This document shows, in pieces, positions 42,277 to 56,700 of a stretch of 64,000 bases of DNA; positions within the stretch are counted from its first letter, which is position 1, and every line of letters starts with the position of its first letter. The notes beneath the pieces are model-generated. The model saw only the letters and a list, made by a program, of their open reading frames with translations. It did no database searches and was not told the DNA's origin. The DNA comes from an uncultured Acidobacteriota bacterium. GTDB lineage: Bacteria; Acidobacteriota; Vicinamibacteria; Vicinamibacterales; 2-12-FULL-66-21. The stretch lies in the NCBI GenBank assembly GCA_963755695.1, contig CAVWLB010000010.1, positions 1,196,328 through 1,260,327 of the forward strand, in the 5' to 3' direction. The position numbers and the translations under genes were made by a program.

Positions 42277-42282
42277 CCTCGA

Positions 42283-42326
42283 AATCACTAAATCACTAAA
42301 TCACAAATCACCAAATCACCAATTCA
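42283..42326. repeat. tandem AAATCACY x ~5 (reverse complement of the 30345-30390 unit)
   Basis: gaaatcactaaatcactaaatcacaaatcaccaaatcaccaattc. Confidence 0.85.
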
Positions 42327-43323
42327 ACTTCCGCTCTCCATCTTCTTCCACGCCGCGGCATAGGCGTCCACGTTCTCCTTGGTGACCACATCCACGCCCG
42401 AGTCGATGATTGGCGAGGCGGGATTCTTGCCGTGCTTGATGTCGTAGAGCAGCTGCACCGTCTCGCTGCCCCAGCCGAAGTACTTCTGGCCGAGAAGCAC
42501 CTGTACCTTGCCCTCGCGCAGGAGATCGAGCGCCGGCTGAATCGTGTCGAAGGAGATGACTTTGGTCTTCGACGGATCGACCGACGCGGTCGCGTTGCGC
42601 GTGAACACCGGCCAGCCACCGACCGAGAGCCAGGCGGCGAGATCGGGATAGCGCCGCGTGCCGGTGGCGATGATCTCGGCGCAGCGGACCGAGTCTTCCT
42701 TGATGTCGAAGACCTCGACGATCTGGATGCCGGGTGCCTTCGCGAGCGCATCCTTGACGCCGTCGAGCCGGCGCTGGAGATTGGTGGCGCCGACGCTGGT
42801 GATGATCGCGATCTTGCCCTTGCCGTCGAGCAGGCGGATGGCCTGCTCGCCGATGATTCGGCCCGACGCAAAGTCGTCGACGCCGTAGAAGGCAAAGCGC
42901 TTGGACTTCGGCGCGTCGGAGTCCCAGGTCACGACCGGAATGCCGGCGTCAACCGCACGGTTGATGGTTTCGGTCAGGAAGTCGCCGTTCAGCGAGGAGA
43001 TCGCGATGCCGTCGACGCGCTGGGTGATGTAGGACTCGAGGATCTTCCTTCTGCTTCAGCTGATCGGCGTTGGTCGGCGCATTCCAGAGGATGTCGACGT
43101 TGCCGAGCTCCTTCGCTTTCCGCTCGGCGCCGATCTTCGCGTAGTTGAAGACCGGAATGTCGAGCGCCTTGGGGATCACGGCGAACCGCAGCCGCTTCTC
43201 CCCGGCCGGTGCATTCGACGACTGCCCGCCGCGGCCACAGCCGGACACGGCCATCAGTACCATCAACGCCAGACCCAGGATTCTAGCGATTGGTCTTCCG
43301 ATTGGTCTTCGACCACAAATCAT
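42324..43323 (-). pseudogene. sugar ABC transporter substrate-binding protein (RbsB-like), frame broken near 43040
   Basis: Lipoprotein-like start MICGRRPIG..LMAVSGCG and ..RFAVIPKALDIPVFNYAKIGAE.. in one frame. The remainder is in ORF 42324..42932 (VVTWDSDAPKSKRFAFYGVDDF..). Confidence 0.8.
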
Positions 43324-44284
43324 GTTTGCCTCTTGAGCAGCAGTTGATCCATCACCACGATCACGATGACGACCAGGCCGACGATCAGGCGATCGTAGAA
43401 CGTCGCGCCCGGAATCTGCGGCAGCGCATTGCGCAGCACGCCGAAGATCAGCGTGCCGAGCACGGCGCCGAGCACCGACCCGCGGCCGCCCGCCAGGCTG
43501 GCGCCGCCGACGACCGCTGACGCGATGATATCCAGCTCGTAGCCGGTGGCAAGATCGGCCTTGCCCTGGCCCTGGACGAGCACCAGCACGACCCCTGATA
43601 CGCCCGGCGAGCAGGCCGGACAGCGCATAGACCGACGTCTTGATCCGGTTGACCGCGATGCCCGAGAACAGCGCCGCCGTCTCGTTGCCGCCGATCGAGA
43701 ACACCGCGCGTCCCCACTGGAAGGTGGTCATCAGCACCTGGAAGACGAGCGCGAGGACGATCATGACGATCGGCGCCACCCAGTCGGCGGGAAGGCCGAG
43801 CGGCCGCCAGCCGCCGAGCAGGCGGCTCGAGACGTCGAAGTATTGACCTTCGGTGATGATGAAGGCCGCGCCGCGCGTGATGCCCATCATGCCCAGCGTC
43901 GCGATGAACGGCGGCAGGCGCACGAGCACGATCAGCGCGGCGCTCAGCAGGCCCGACGCGAGCCCGACCAGGACGCCAAGCCATCATCGCTGCCGCCGAG
44001 CGACCAGCCCTCGCACGACGAATAGCTGCGATCCAACGACGCCGGCAAGCGCCATCACCGCGCCCGGCGCGAGGTCGATGCCGCCCGAGATGATGACGAT
44101 CGCCGCGCCAACCGCCGCGATGCCGTAGATCGCCGAGTACTTGAGGATCAGAAGCGCGTTTCCGCGCGTTCAGGAACGGGTGTGCCCGGCCGGCTTCCGG
44201 CCACAGCTACCAGGTGAAGAACAGCACTTCGAGCACGAGGATGACGACCGTGCTGAGCTCGCGGACTCCCAAGAGTTTCTTCAT
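43320..44284 (-). pseudogene. sugar ABC transporter permease (RbsC-like), multiply frame-broken
   Basis: Fragments [23 protein letters not shown] / PPFIATLGMMGITRGAAFIITEG / GGNETAALFSGIAVNRIK / GYELDIIASAVVGGASLAGGRGSVLGAVLG lie in different frames. ATGA overlaps at both ends. Confidence 0.8.
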
Positions 44285-45837
44285 GCGGCGGATGACCTCG
44301 TGAGTGGCCAGGTGCATGACGCTTTCCTCGGTCGCCGCCGTTCCGTCGATCGCTCCCTGGATCCGGCCTTCGCGCATGACGACGATGCGATCGGCGAGCG
44401 CGAGCACCTCCGGCAGATCGCTCGACGCAACCAGACAGCCGCGCCGCGCGCCGCCTCGCGACGGATGATCTCGTGAATTTCGAACTTGGCGCCGACGTCG
44501 ACTCCCTTGGTCGGTTCGTCGAGCAGGATCACCCGCGGCGAGGTCGCCAGCCACTTGGCGACGACGACCTTCTGCTGGTTGCCGCCGCTCAGGCTGTCGG
44601 GCGAGCGTCTCGACGCCGGCGGCCTTGATGCGCCACCGTGTCGACGAGCTCGCTGCGCCTCGCGGCGTTCGCGCGCGCGTCCGGACGAGGACGTCGCGCC
44701 GCACGGTGCGGTCGGGCAGCACGAGATTGTGACGGATGCGTCAGGTTGAAGAGCAGTCCCTGGCGTTGCCGCTCCTCGGGCACGAGCGCGATCCCGGCCG
44801 CGCGGCCGTCGCGCTGGCGATGCCGGGCGTACGAGCTGCGCCGTCGACGCGAATCGTTGCCGCCGTCGGCGCGTAAACAGCCCGAAGATCGTCTCGAGCA
44901 GCTCGGAACGTCCTGATCCGACCAGCCCGAAGAGCCCGACGATCTCGCCCGAATGGACGGTGAGCGACACGTCGCGAAAGCACGGCGCGCGCGTCAACCG
45001 CTGGAGGGCGAGCGGTGGGGTTCGACGAGCGGCGCCGAGACATCCACCGCGCGCGGCGGCAGATCGCGTCCGACCATCGATGCGCACGATGTGCGCAGCG
45101 TGACGCTGCGGCGGCGCGGACGGGTCTCGACGTGGGCGCCGTCGCGCAGCACGGTGATGCGATCGCACAGGCGGAACACTTCGGGCAGCCGGTGCGACAC
45201 GTAGAGCAGCGTACGCCTGCGCGCCTTCAGCTTCTCGCAGCACGGCGAACAGGTGGTCCGCTTCGGCGTCGGTCAGCGACGTCGTGGGCTCGTCGAGCAC
45301 CAGGATGCGGCACTCGAAGGCGAGCGCGCGCGCCACCTGCAGCAGCTGCCGATACGCGGCCGAGAGCGAGTCCGCCGGGGCGTCCGGGGAGATGGGCAGG
45401 TGCAGCTCGGCGAGGAGCGCCTGGGTCCGCTCGCGCATGCTCGCCGTGGCGCAGCCGTCCGAAGCGGTCGACAATCTCGCGTCCGGCGAAGATGTTGCCC
45501 GGTGACCGACAGATTCGGGAAGCACAGCATCTCCTGGTAGACCATGCCGATGCCGCGCTCGAGCGCGTCGCGCGGGCTGCCGAGGTGAAGCCGTTCGCCT
45601 CGCCAGAGGACCTCGCCCGCATCGGGCTGAACGATGCCGGCGAGAATCTTGAGCAGCGTGGACTTGCCGGCGCCGTTCTCGCCCACGAGCGCGTGCGCCT
45701 CCCCCTCGGCCGACCGCGAACGAGACGCCGCGCAGCGCCTGGACGGCGCCGAAGGACTTGCGGACGTTTTGAAATGCGAGGCCCGGCGGCGTGCATATCG
45801 CGGTGCATATTACGTGATCAGCGCGCGTCGCGGTCAT
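44281..45837 (-). pseudogene. sugar ABC transporter ATP-binding protein (two cassettes, RbsA-like), multiply frame-broken
   Basis: GENGAGKSTLLKILAG (ORF 45273..45686), ILVLDEPTTSLTD, GEIVGLFGLVGSGRSEL and [26 protein letters not shown] lie in alternating frames. Confidence 0.8.
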
Positions 45838-45881
45838 CGCTTACAATGCGCGCACATTTGTCCGGAATTGGAGCGCCCGAT

Positions 45882-47044
<1,163 letters not shown>

Positions 47045-47073
47045 ATCGAACCGTTCAACCGGTCACAGGGATC

Positions 47074-49321
47074 ATGCCGATCCCGATCTCGCGGCGGGAC
47101 GCGCTTCGTGGCCTTGGGATGGCGACCGCATCGGTGCTGTTCTGCTCCGACGTGGAGGGCCAGTCCCGGCCGTTTCGTTACGCCAATCAGCCAGTCGACC
47201 TGACCCTCTCGACGGTCAGCGCACACGCGGTGCGGATCAGGATTGTTCCGCAGGGCTCCGAGCGCATCGCAGCGAACGAAGACGGGGCGCTCGTCGATTT
47301 CGCTGAACAACACCGGGCGATTTCGAACGGGTGGCTGGCGGCAGGTGCAATTCGCGTGTCCGTGGCTCGCGATCCGCTGACGATTCGCATCGCACGTTCG
47401 AGCGGAGAGCTCGCCCAGGAGCTCCGCGAGTCGCCGAACACCGGCGAGCTCGAGTTCAGCGTTGGCGACGCTCCGCTGCTTGGTTTGGGCGAAGGCGGAC
47501 CGCAATTCGATCGCCGCGGCTCGACCGACGCGATGCGCAGCGGACAGGACGGCTACCAACTGCGCACGCACGGCGGCCGCGTCCCGATCCAGTGGCTGGT
47601 CAGTACCGCCGGCTGGGGCCTTTTCATTCACCAGCCGATCGGCGCGCTCGATTTCACCGGCACTCGCGGCCGTCTGGCCTCGGCGTCGCCGCTGCCGGCC
47701 GACCTGTTCGTAATCGTATCCGCCGACCCGCGCGTGATCATGCGCGAGTACGCACGCATCACGGGGCTCGCGGCAATGCCGCCGCTGTGGACATTCGGAT
47801 ATCAGCAATCGCACCGTACGCTGGCCGGACCCGACGAAGTACTGGCGGTGGCGCGCACGATGCGCGCAAAGAAGCTGCCGTGCGACGCTCTGATATACCT
47901 TGGCACCGATTTCACGCCGTCGGGGTGGAACACGCACAATGGCGAGTTCACCTGGAACCAAGCGAACTTCCCGGACCCGAAGCAGACGATCGACGATCTC
48001 CACGGACTGCATTTCAAGGTCGTGCTGCACGCGGTCATCGAAGGCCGGCACCTGACGGGTACGGTGAAGGATGAGTGTTCCGCGCCAGAGCCAAGCGGGA
48101 GGACGCCCGACGGTCACTGGCCCGACCAACGCCGCGTCGGCTGCTACTGGCCGTATCACAAGAACGGGTTCGATCTCGGCATCGACGGCTGGTGGCCGGA
48201 TCAAGGCGACGGCCTCGATCCGGCCTCGCGGCTGAATCGCATCCGGATGTATTGGGAGGGCCCGCAATTGTGGCGGCCGAATGAGCGGCCGTATGCCCTT
48301 CACCGTAACGGCTACGCCGGCATGGCGCGCTACGGAGCCTTTCTGTGGTCGGGCGACGTGTATTCCACGTGGGAGACACTCCGGACGCATGTCCCGGTCG
48401 CCATCAACACGAGCTTGAGCGGCATTCCGTATTGGGGTACGGATATCGGCGGCTTCGTGCCCACGCCGGAGCTCACCGGCGAGCTCTACGTACGCTGGTT
48501 CCAGTTCGGCGCCTTCTGTCCGCTGTTCCGGGCTCACGGCAGAACCTGGCACCTGCGGCTCCCGTGGGGATGGAACACTGGGGAGCTCGGCCCGAACGAA
48601 GTCTCGTCATATCGCGACGCCGGCAATCCGCCCGAGTCCGAACTGCACAACGCGCAGGTCGAACCGATCTGCCGCAAGTATCTCGAGCTGCGCTACCGTC
48701 TAATGCCGTATCTCTACTCGTGCATGAGGCAGACGTCGTTGACCGGCCTTCCGATCATCCGCGCCTTGTGGCTGCATCACAGTGACGATCCCATGGCGGT
48801 GGCACGCGGCGACGAGTACTCTGTGGGGAAGAGACATCCTCGTCGCCCCGGTCACCGAGAAGGGCGCATCCACGCGGCGCGTGTACCTGCCGCGTGGCTG
48901 GTGGTACGACTTCTGGACCAACGAACGCGTAAACGGCGGACGCGAGCTCGAACGCGCCGTCGATCTCGAGACGATGCCTCTGTATGTCCGGGCCGGCGCG
49001 ATCGTGCCCATGGGATCCGTCAAGCAGTACACAGCCGAACAGACCGACGATCCGCTGACGGTCGTCGTCTATCCGGGGGCGGACGGCGCGTTCGATCTGT
49101 TCGAGGATGACGGCCGCTCGTTCGACTACCAGCACGGCGCATGGATGGGGCTCGAGCTGCATTGGACGGATGCGGCACGCCGATTGTCGGTTTCACTCGC
49201 CCGCGGTTCACGGATGCTGCCGCCGGTCCCCCGCGAGCTGCAGATCCGAATGGCGGGCGGCGCCGGGGTCCAGACGATCCGGTTCGACGGCCGATCGCAG
49301 TCCCTCTTGCTTCGGGACTGA
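47074..49321 (+). CDS. glycoside hydrolase family 31, frame broken once as sequenced (~48814-48824)
   Basis: Tat-like signal (MPIPISRRDALRGLG). GH31 blocks (GIDGWWPDQGDG; WFQFGAFCPLFRAHG). After ..ARGDEY the continuation LWGRDILVAPVTEKG.. is in ORF 48782..49321. Confidence 0.85.
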
Positions 49322-49335
49322 CGGCGGACGGTAAC

Positions 49336-49374
49336 GGGGTCTGACCCCGGGGTCTGACCCCGGGGTCAGACCCC
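49336..49374. repeat. three tandem copies of the self-complementary 13-mer GGGGTCWGACCCC between convergent genes
   Basis: ggggtctgaccccggggtctgaccccggggtcagacccc; candidate bidirectional terminator. Confidence 0.8.
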
Positions 49375-49379
49375 AGTGA

Positions 49380-51750
49380 TCACCGTCCCGGCTGCACGGC
49401 GCGGACTTCGACCAGCCCTCCGGTGCGCGCGGTGCCCTGCGGCTGGAACCGTACCGTGACCCTCGATTTGCCGCGCGTCAGCCCCTCGGGAACCTGGTAT
49501 TCCTTGTCGAGCAGTTCGGTCGGGTGGTATTCGAGGCTCTCGGTGGCGATCTTCTCGCCGTCGACGAGGACGTCGAATACGCGCTGCTGACCTTCGCTGC
49601 CGCGATACGTACAGACGAGGGTGAGCGGCTTATCTGGCTGGACCTTCAGCTCGTAGCTGAGGAAGCCGTCGTGAGCGTCGCGCCAGCGCCGTCCTTCCAC
49701 GAACCCCTCGTCCGCTCCTTCGCTCTTGAACGCATGCGCCCGCTCGCTCGCATCGTCGTTCACGTTGACGGTATCGATGGTTCGTCCCTCGATGTCCTTG
49801 CGGCGGGCCGCTGCACGGGCGAGGTCTGCCTTGTACTTGTCGTATTCCGCCCGCGTGTAAATCGTCCAGTAGACCGTGTAACGCGGATCCATGGTCTTGT
49901 AGAGCGGCATCAGGGTGACGTCGTGGGGCTCGGCGAGACCGTCGGTCTGGAACGTCAAGGGCTTGCCCGCAACCGGCTTCACACGATCGAGCACCTGCTG
50001 CGGCGTCGAGGCGATGAATACCGGAATCGGTATCGACGTCAGACGCCCGAGCGGCGGCGCGCTCGGACCGTAGCGGCGGACCGCGTCGAGGCCGGCGGTG
50101 CCGAGATCACCGGCGAGGACGACTGGACCGTACATCAGCGCCTGAACGTGCGGATCATCGGGAAGAGACTCGAGGTGGAGCGACATCGGCAACTTGATCT
50201 GCATGCTGTCGCCCGTCTTCCACTCGCGCGTCACGTCGATGTATTGGCCGGGTTTCGCTGCGGCAGTTTCCTGCGATTTGCCGTTGACGGTCAGCGTCAT
50301 CCCTGACGTCGCCCACGATGGATAGCGCACTCTGACCGCGAGGCGCAGGGGCTGGTCCACCGTGAAGGTGAGGGAAGTCGAGTCTCCTTCCGGGAATTTC
50401 GTCAGCTGCCGGACCTTCACTCCCATTTCCTTCCAGGTCAGCTCGGAGGGGACGAACAAATTCACGTAGAGCGCGGCCGCATCATGAAAGTAAATCGTGT
50501 CGTTGTACTTGGCATGGTTCTCCATGCCGGTACCGACGCAGCACCAGAACGAATCGTTGGCCGTCGAGAATGTCTTGAACGCGCCAGGCTTGAGCGGGCA
50601 GTAATAGAGCACGCCGCCGGTTTTGGGATCCTGCGACGCGAGAATGTGGTTCAGCAGCGCGCGCTCGTAGTAGTCCATCATGTCGGCCGACGGCGACCAC
50701 GCGAACAGGTGGCGCGTCAGCTTCAGCATGTTGTAGGTGTTGCAGGTCTCGGGGCCCGACGTCCCGAGATGGTGCGACGTTTCCTCCTCAGGAAAGAACG
50801 ACTCGTCGTCGCTGTGGCCGCCGATCACGAACGATCGGTGATGGACGACCCGGCTCCAGAAGAAGGTGGCGATGTCGCGATAGCGGGGATCGCCGGTCAG
50901 CTCGTACTCGCGGGCGGCGCCGATGATCTTGGGAATCTGGGTGTTCGCATGCACGTTGTCGAGCGGATCGACGCCACGAGCGAGCGGATCGAGGATGCGT
51001 CGGTGGTCGAATTTCTTCGCGGTCTCGAGATACTTCGGCTCGCCGGTGACGGCGTAGAGGTTGGCGAGCACTTCGTTCATCCCGCCGAACTCCGTGTCGA
51101 GCGCCTTCTGTTGCTGTTCGTCGGTCAGGCGGCCGACGCGGAACTTGACCCAGTCCGCCTGCTTCTTCAAAACGTCGAGCGCCTGCTGGTTTCCGGTCAG
51201 CAGGTTCGCGTCGAGCAGCCCCGCCATGATCTTGTGAATCGTGTAGTACGGCGCCCAGACCCGCCGGCGCGAGTCGACGCGGTCGAAGAGTTCTTCAGGA
51301 AAGGCAGAAAGGTAGCCCGGATTGAACGTCTTCGCCTCGGCGGCCTGCACCTTCGCGAGCTCCGCGACGAGGCTGTCGGCGCGTGCCTTGAACCTCGTGT
51401 CGCCGGTGCTCGCGTACATGATCGAAACCGCGGACAGGTAGTGGCCGACCGAGTGCCCGCGCAGTTCGACGTCCGGCGCCTCCCACCCGCCGAGCGGCTG
51501 CGCGGACGAGGGAAGGCCGGCGGTGACGCGGAAGTTGTGGAGCAGGCGATCCTGGTCGAGGCTGAGGAGATATTCCTCATCGCGGATCATCGCGTCGCGG
51601 TAGGGACCGTCGAGGAGCCGGACGTCCTCGAGTTTGAACGGTACTGCCTTCGATGGGACTTTGTCGGGCACCGACGCCTTGGTCCAGGTACTGCCGACCT
51701 GCGGCCGCCGCGACGCAAAACACCGCCACAGTCAGCGTCAAGATCCTCAT
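49380..51750 (-). CDS. GH127-family (DUF1680; possibly GH146) glycoside hydrolase, frame broken in the signal peptide as sequenced (~51675-51720)
   Basis: 763-aa ORF (..ELRGHSVGHYLSAVS..). An ATG at 51750 encodes MRILTLTVAVFCVAAAA in a different frame from ..GSTWTKASVPDKVPSK. Confidence 0.8.
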
Positions 51751-51758
51751 GGCGTCGG

Positions 51759-51767
51759 ACTATAGCA
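51759..51767 (-). promoter_or_regulatory. extended -10 element TGCTATAGT 8 nt upstream of the ATG at 51750 (leaderless-type)
   Basis: Minus strand reads gcggTGCTATAGTccgacgccATG. Same nonamer as 9473-9481. Confidence 0.4.
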
Positions 51768-51773
51768 CCGCGG

Positions 51774-51798
51774 TGTAGGGCGGGTCTTTAGATCCGCC
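51774..51798. repeat. REP-like hairpin element (copy 2 of 2)
   Basis: tgtagggcgggtctttagatccgcc, compared with 9532-9556. Confidence 0.7.
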
Positions 51799-51803
51799 TG
51801 CGT

Positions 51804-53582
51804 CTATCCGCCGCTCGAGCCTTGCACCTTCAGATCAACCGTGCGCGTCTCATCTTCGTTGACGACCACCACCGTTGCCTCATTCGAGAGCTCTTCGTAG
51901 AAGGAAACCTCGTCGATCCCGGGGATGTTCAACCGCTCCTGCGGCGCCGCGACGATGAAATACCGTCCGGGGTGTATCGCGGCAATTCTGTAGTGGCCGT
52001 TCTCGTCCGGCGACGAGCGATGCACGCGCATCCCATTTGCCTGCCAACCCGCCTTGTCCTCGGGAAAGACGATGACGTAGGCGTTGCTGGCCGGTGCGCC
52101 TTCGGCGTCGGTTACCGTCCCTTCGAGCGAGGCGCCGCGCGACGAGACGACGATCGTGACGCGATCCCGCGAATTGAACTCGTGCGGCGTGTCGGAGATG
52201 TCGTTGCCGTCGAGCAGCACCGCCTTGACATAGGCCTTTGGCGGCAGCCCGACGCCCTCCCGGATCACTTGCTCGCCGCTCAGGCCCTGCAGGCGGAACG
52301 TGAAGTCGCTCTCAACCAGCGCCGTCGGAGGCGGTCCGAACGTCGGAGACTCGGAATCGGCAGGCATCGCCACGACGCGCATCTCCTTGACCGGCCGCTC
52401 CGGTGGAGCCGGCTCGAACTCGACATGTCCAAGGACCGTCGCGCCAGGCGCCGTCACCACAACCAGGTTCTCGAGGTCCGCGGCGGCAATCGTGACGGGC
52501 ATGTTAGCCATCTCACCAGGATCACCTTCGGGCCCATTCGGGCCGAACACCGGCGGGTGCTGACGGACAATCAGTCGATAGGTTCCCGGTGGGAGATTCT
52601 GCATCCGGAAACGCCCCTGTTCATCGGTGGTGAACCCCTCACTAGACATGCTGAACGCCGGAGTGCGTCGTGCAAGCTGAACGTCCGCGCTCGCTATTGG
52701 ACTCCCTTGCGAATCCATCACGATGCCGGACAGGCGAAAGAAACGTCCACGCGACATCCGAATCTCGATGCCGCTGGCTTCACCGCCAGCCCGCGTTCGC
52801 ACGCGTTGCGCGCTCGCCTGGTCCGGCGTTCCCGGGTAGAACGTCGTCAGGAAACCGTTACGCTCATCGTCCTGGCCTGTGTGCAGCATGCTTGGATCGA
52901 CGGACGTTGAGATTTGCGCCTCCGCAGCGACCGCGTATTCTCCCGGCAGCAGAGAAAACAATCGAAACTGGCCGAGGTCGTCGGTCTGTACATCGTTTAC
53001 GAGGCGGCGGCTGCGCGCGCTGCCGGGCGGAAACCACAGTGCGGAGACCTGTACCCGCGCCATCGGCTCACCGCCGTCGTCGGTGACACGGCCTGCGATC
53101 ACCGATCCACGCGGCAGCGCGATCGTCGCCTTGTCGAACGTTTCTCCATCCGACAGCTTGATCGGCGTGCCCGGATCCAGCGCGGGCCCCTTGGCGCCGT
53201 AGCTGAACGCGAGGTACTGGGCGGAAAACTGGCTGGTCGAAGCCGTCACGCGGTAGCTTCCGGCCGGGAGTCCTTCGAATTCGAAATTTCCCTGATCGTC
53301 GGTCCGGGTGGATCGACCCACGATCCGTCCGGCAGCCATCTCGTTGAGAACAGACGCCACAAACGCCTCGACGATCGCCTGGCGAATGGGGAGGTTCGTG
53401 TCAGCCGCCACGACGCGTCCGCGAATGATGGCGGTGCCTTTCTGTTCAGGAACGCGCGCGTCACGCGGCGGCTGCGCGCTGGCCGGAGGGAGCGGGGGAA
53501 CAGCTTGCTGCGGCGTCGAGGCAAAAAGCGCAAGAAGAACGAGTGGGATCACGCGCACGGGAACCCTCCGGTGATTGGACAC
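51804..53582 (-). CDS. carboxypeptidase-regulatory-like domain repeat protein
   Basis: 592-aa ORF with a signal peptide and repeated G-x-V-x-D..G.P..A.V and PGxYxL/V beta-sandwich motifs. Confidence 0.7.
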   Translation of the reverse strand: MSNHRRVPVRVIPLVLLALFASTPQQAVPPLPPASAQPPRDARVPEQKGTAIIRGRVVAADTNLPIRQAIVEAFVASVLNEMAAGRIVGRSTRTDDQGNFEFEGLPAGSYRVTASTSQFSAQYLAFSYGAKGPALDPGTPIKLSDGETFDKATIALPRGSVIAGRVTDDGGEPMARVQVSALWFPPGSARSRRLVNDVQTDDLGQFRLFSLLPGEYAVAAEAQISTSVDPSMLHTGQDDERNGFLTTFYPGTPDQASAQRVRTRAGGEASGIEIRMSRGRFFRLSGIVMDSQGSPIASADVQLARRTPAFSMSSEGFTTDEQGRFRMQNLPPGTYRLIVRQHPPVFGPNGPEGDPGEMANMPVTIAAADLENLVVVTAPGATVLGHVEFEPAPPERPVKEMRVVAMPADSESPTFGPPPTALVESDFTFRLQGLSGEQVIREGVGLPPKAYVKAVLLDGNDISDTPHEFNSRDRVTIVVSSRGASLEGTVTDAEGAPASNAYVIVFPEDKAGWQANGMRVHRSSPDENGHYRIAAIHPGRYFIVAAPQERLNIPGIDEVSFYEELSNEATVVVVNEDETRTVDLKVQGSSGG

Positions 53583-53589
53583 CGCACCG

Positions 53590-53735
53590 GCCGAGTTGTT
53601 CTGACGCGGTGCCGGCTCATGGCTCGTGATTCAGGGCTCATGCCGGCGGATGACCATGGACCTAGCCGTTGTCGCCATAGACCACCTCGAGTTTTGAGTC
53701 ATGAGCCTCGGGCCCGAAGGTTGGAGCCCGAAGCC
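53590..53735. repeat. GCTCATGG/GCTCAGGG-type arrays with complementary units
   Basis: ggctcatggctcgtgattcagggctcatgccgg .. gagtcatgagcctcgggcccgaaggttggagcccgaagcc. Confidence 0.6.
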
Positions 53736-56700
53736 TATTTCTCGTCCAGCTTTCGGCCCGCGTCAAGGTTGTCGAAATTCAAGAGCGTGTTGAACACGAG
53801 GAAATAGCTGCCCTGCGTCTCCCCCCGCCAGATCGGATTGTTCGAGAACATGACGACGTGTCCCTTGTCGACGGGGACGTCGATCACCATCGGGCGTTGA
53901 GCGAGATCCGCGCCGTTATCGAGAAGTCCCGAGACGAGGAGATCCCGCGCGTCCCCGTAGCGCAGGACGACGCGCGGACGGAAGCGCGGGGGAATGATGT
54001 TGGTCGCATTGCGGCGCTGCTCGTCCTGAATCGGCGCAAACTGCCAGGCCTCTGCACGCGGCTCGTCGGGAAGGGGAGCGGTTGGACTGAATCCCTGCAC
54101 CTGATCCGGGTCGTCGGGTGTCCCACGCCCAGTGGCGCGACGCTGGGCCTCATCGCCGCCGCGGCGTCCGCCGCCGGCGCCGCCAACGCGAGCACTCACA
54201 CCGAAGATCGGCGGATTGTCCGCATAGATCGAGAGGTCGTCGCCGTAGCCGTAGGCGATCGGGCTGGCCGCGTCCACCGTCTTCGATCGAAGCACCGAGC
54301 CGACGACCTTCAAGCGCTGCGACTCGGTGGTCGAGACGCCCGGTGCGAAGCCGAACTGCTGCGCGAACTCCGCCGTGTCGTCGACCACGATCAACACGCC
54401 GCCATCGGAGACGAACTTCTGCAGGTGGATCAACCCCTCCCAGCCCATGCCGGGACGGATGTCGTCGGTCGAATCCTCCTTGCCGATATTCGGCGTCAGT
54501 TCCGTTGTCTTCCACGGGATCGGATTGCCGTACATCGGCATGCCCGTGATGATCTGTTGCGCGGATGCGCGTCCGACGGGCGGGAACAGGATGACGTCGT
54601 ACTTCGATTTCAGATCCCCCTCCTGCCTGAGCGCCTGCGTGCTGATATAGGTGAAGGGCACGCCTCGAAGGTCGAGTGTTTGCCGCCACCAGCCTTCGTC
54701 CTGGGTGTTGATCCACGTGTGGAGGAGGGCAACCCGCGGCGTGCGGCCGGGATGCGTTGTCACGTTCGGAGCGGACGCAAGCGCGGTCACCTTGATACCG
54801 AGATCCGACGCGGCCTTCCGGAGATCGTCCGAGCTGACCCCCTGCACGATGAACGACCCGCGGCCGAATTTCTGTCCGCCGGCCTCGAATCCCTCTTCGG
54901 CGATGTCGAACTTCGCGTCCTTCAAGCGATAGCGCAGCGTGATCAGCGCCGGCTCGCTGTTGTGGTTAATGGCGAATACGGAGCCGCTGCCGGAGACACC
55001 ACCGCCGGCCTTGACCTCTCCCCTGACGGCTTCAACCTTGGCATCGAGCACCTTCACGTCGGTCACTCGCGTGACCTTCACGTTGAACAGCTCGGGGAAC
55101 GTCCACCCGGTGTCGTCGTAGGGCTGGCGCTGCGGGTCGTCGGGCGCCCAGGTACCTGATAATCGAGCAGCGCGTCGGCGATCCGGCTGAACGGCTGGTC
55201 CATCCGAACGATGAAGGAACCGGCCGGAAAGGTGCGACTCTCCGACGGCGACGCGGCGGTGCGATCGTTCTTCTGGCCTTCCTGCGAGTCCTGGCCAGCC
55301 TGCGAATCTCCCCCTCCATTCGAGCCGCCACGGTCCGCCGACGTCTCAGTCGTGTTGCTCGGACGTTTGGGCCGGCGCGGACCCGGCACCGAAACCGTGA
55401 ACGGCTGCGTCGCACGCGAAATCTCGACCTTTTGCATCTGCAGAATGCGCAGCAAATCCGCCTGTGCGCCTGGCCGCGGATCGTCGCCGGCAAACACATA
55501 CGCCGCCGGCCCTTCGGTCTGCGGCTTGAGGATCGATCGCTTGCCCTTCAAATAGAAATTCTTGAGAAAGTACTGCGCGTTGTCCGCGAACTGATTCAGC
55601 GATACGAGCAGACCGGTCTCCTGGTAATTGTTGTTGTTGCGTTGTGACCACTTCGTCTTCGGTAAGGGAGGGTTCTGCCGGTACCAGGTGCGTGAGGTCT
55701 GCGACGGGGGAAGCGTCCGCTCGAGCGTGTCGGCGCCGCCATTCCCGAAGGTTTCGTAGAGCCGGCTGATGCCGTTGTGCATCGCGGCAATGAACATCAG
55801 ATAACCGGGGGACCAGGTATCGAAGGTACCGTGAGTGAACACGCCCGGCATGCCGAACTTGGTCATCTCGTTGACGTTGTGCCAGCCGATCATCTGCCAT
55901 TCGCTGGCGAGAATGGGATCGATCCAGGCGTTGTACGGGCCGTCACCGACCGTGTTGTCGTACAGATAGGGCACCGACTCGTGGAGATCGTGGATCACTT
56001 GCGCGTGCCAGTCGACGTAGGTGTTCAGCACGTTGCGCGTCAGCGCCAGCGTGAGTCCCATCGCGTCACGATTGTTGTCGTGCGCGACGTACTTGCCCCA
56101 ATAGAGCGTGCCGGGCCAGTTCTTGTCAGGGTTGGCCAGGTGCCAGCGATACACGTCCACGTGTCGATCGCGTCCGTCCACTTCCACGATCGGCGTGACG
56201 AGGGTGATGACCTTGTTGCGGATCTTCTGGATATAAGGGCTTTCGTCAACCGCCAGCCGATATACCAGCTCCATCAGCGCGGTCGGGGAGCCGGTTTCAG
56301 GAGAATGGATCGTCCCGGTAATGTAATAGACCGGGGTCGTCGTGGCCACGATCCGGTCCGCTTCATCGTCTTTCATCTTGATGGCGCGCGGATCCGCCAG
56401 CTTCTCGAGATTGGCGCGGTTGGCCTCGAGTTTCGCGAGATTGGCTTCCGACGACACCGCGACCGCGATCATCTCGCGTCCTTCTTCCGTTTTGCCGATG
56501 GAGAAGACCTTGACCCGCGGCGTTGCGTTCTCGACCATCCGCATGTACTGGTAGACCTCGCGCGAGTACGGAAGGATGCCGGGCGCCCCGGCCACATCCT
56601 TGAGAACCGCCATTGGCGTCGGGACGGTTTTCGACGCCGGCAGATAGTCGACCAGCGGCGACGTGAAGTACGGTGCGGTCGTGTACTCCTTCATCCTGGC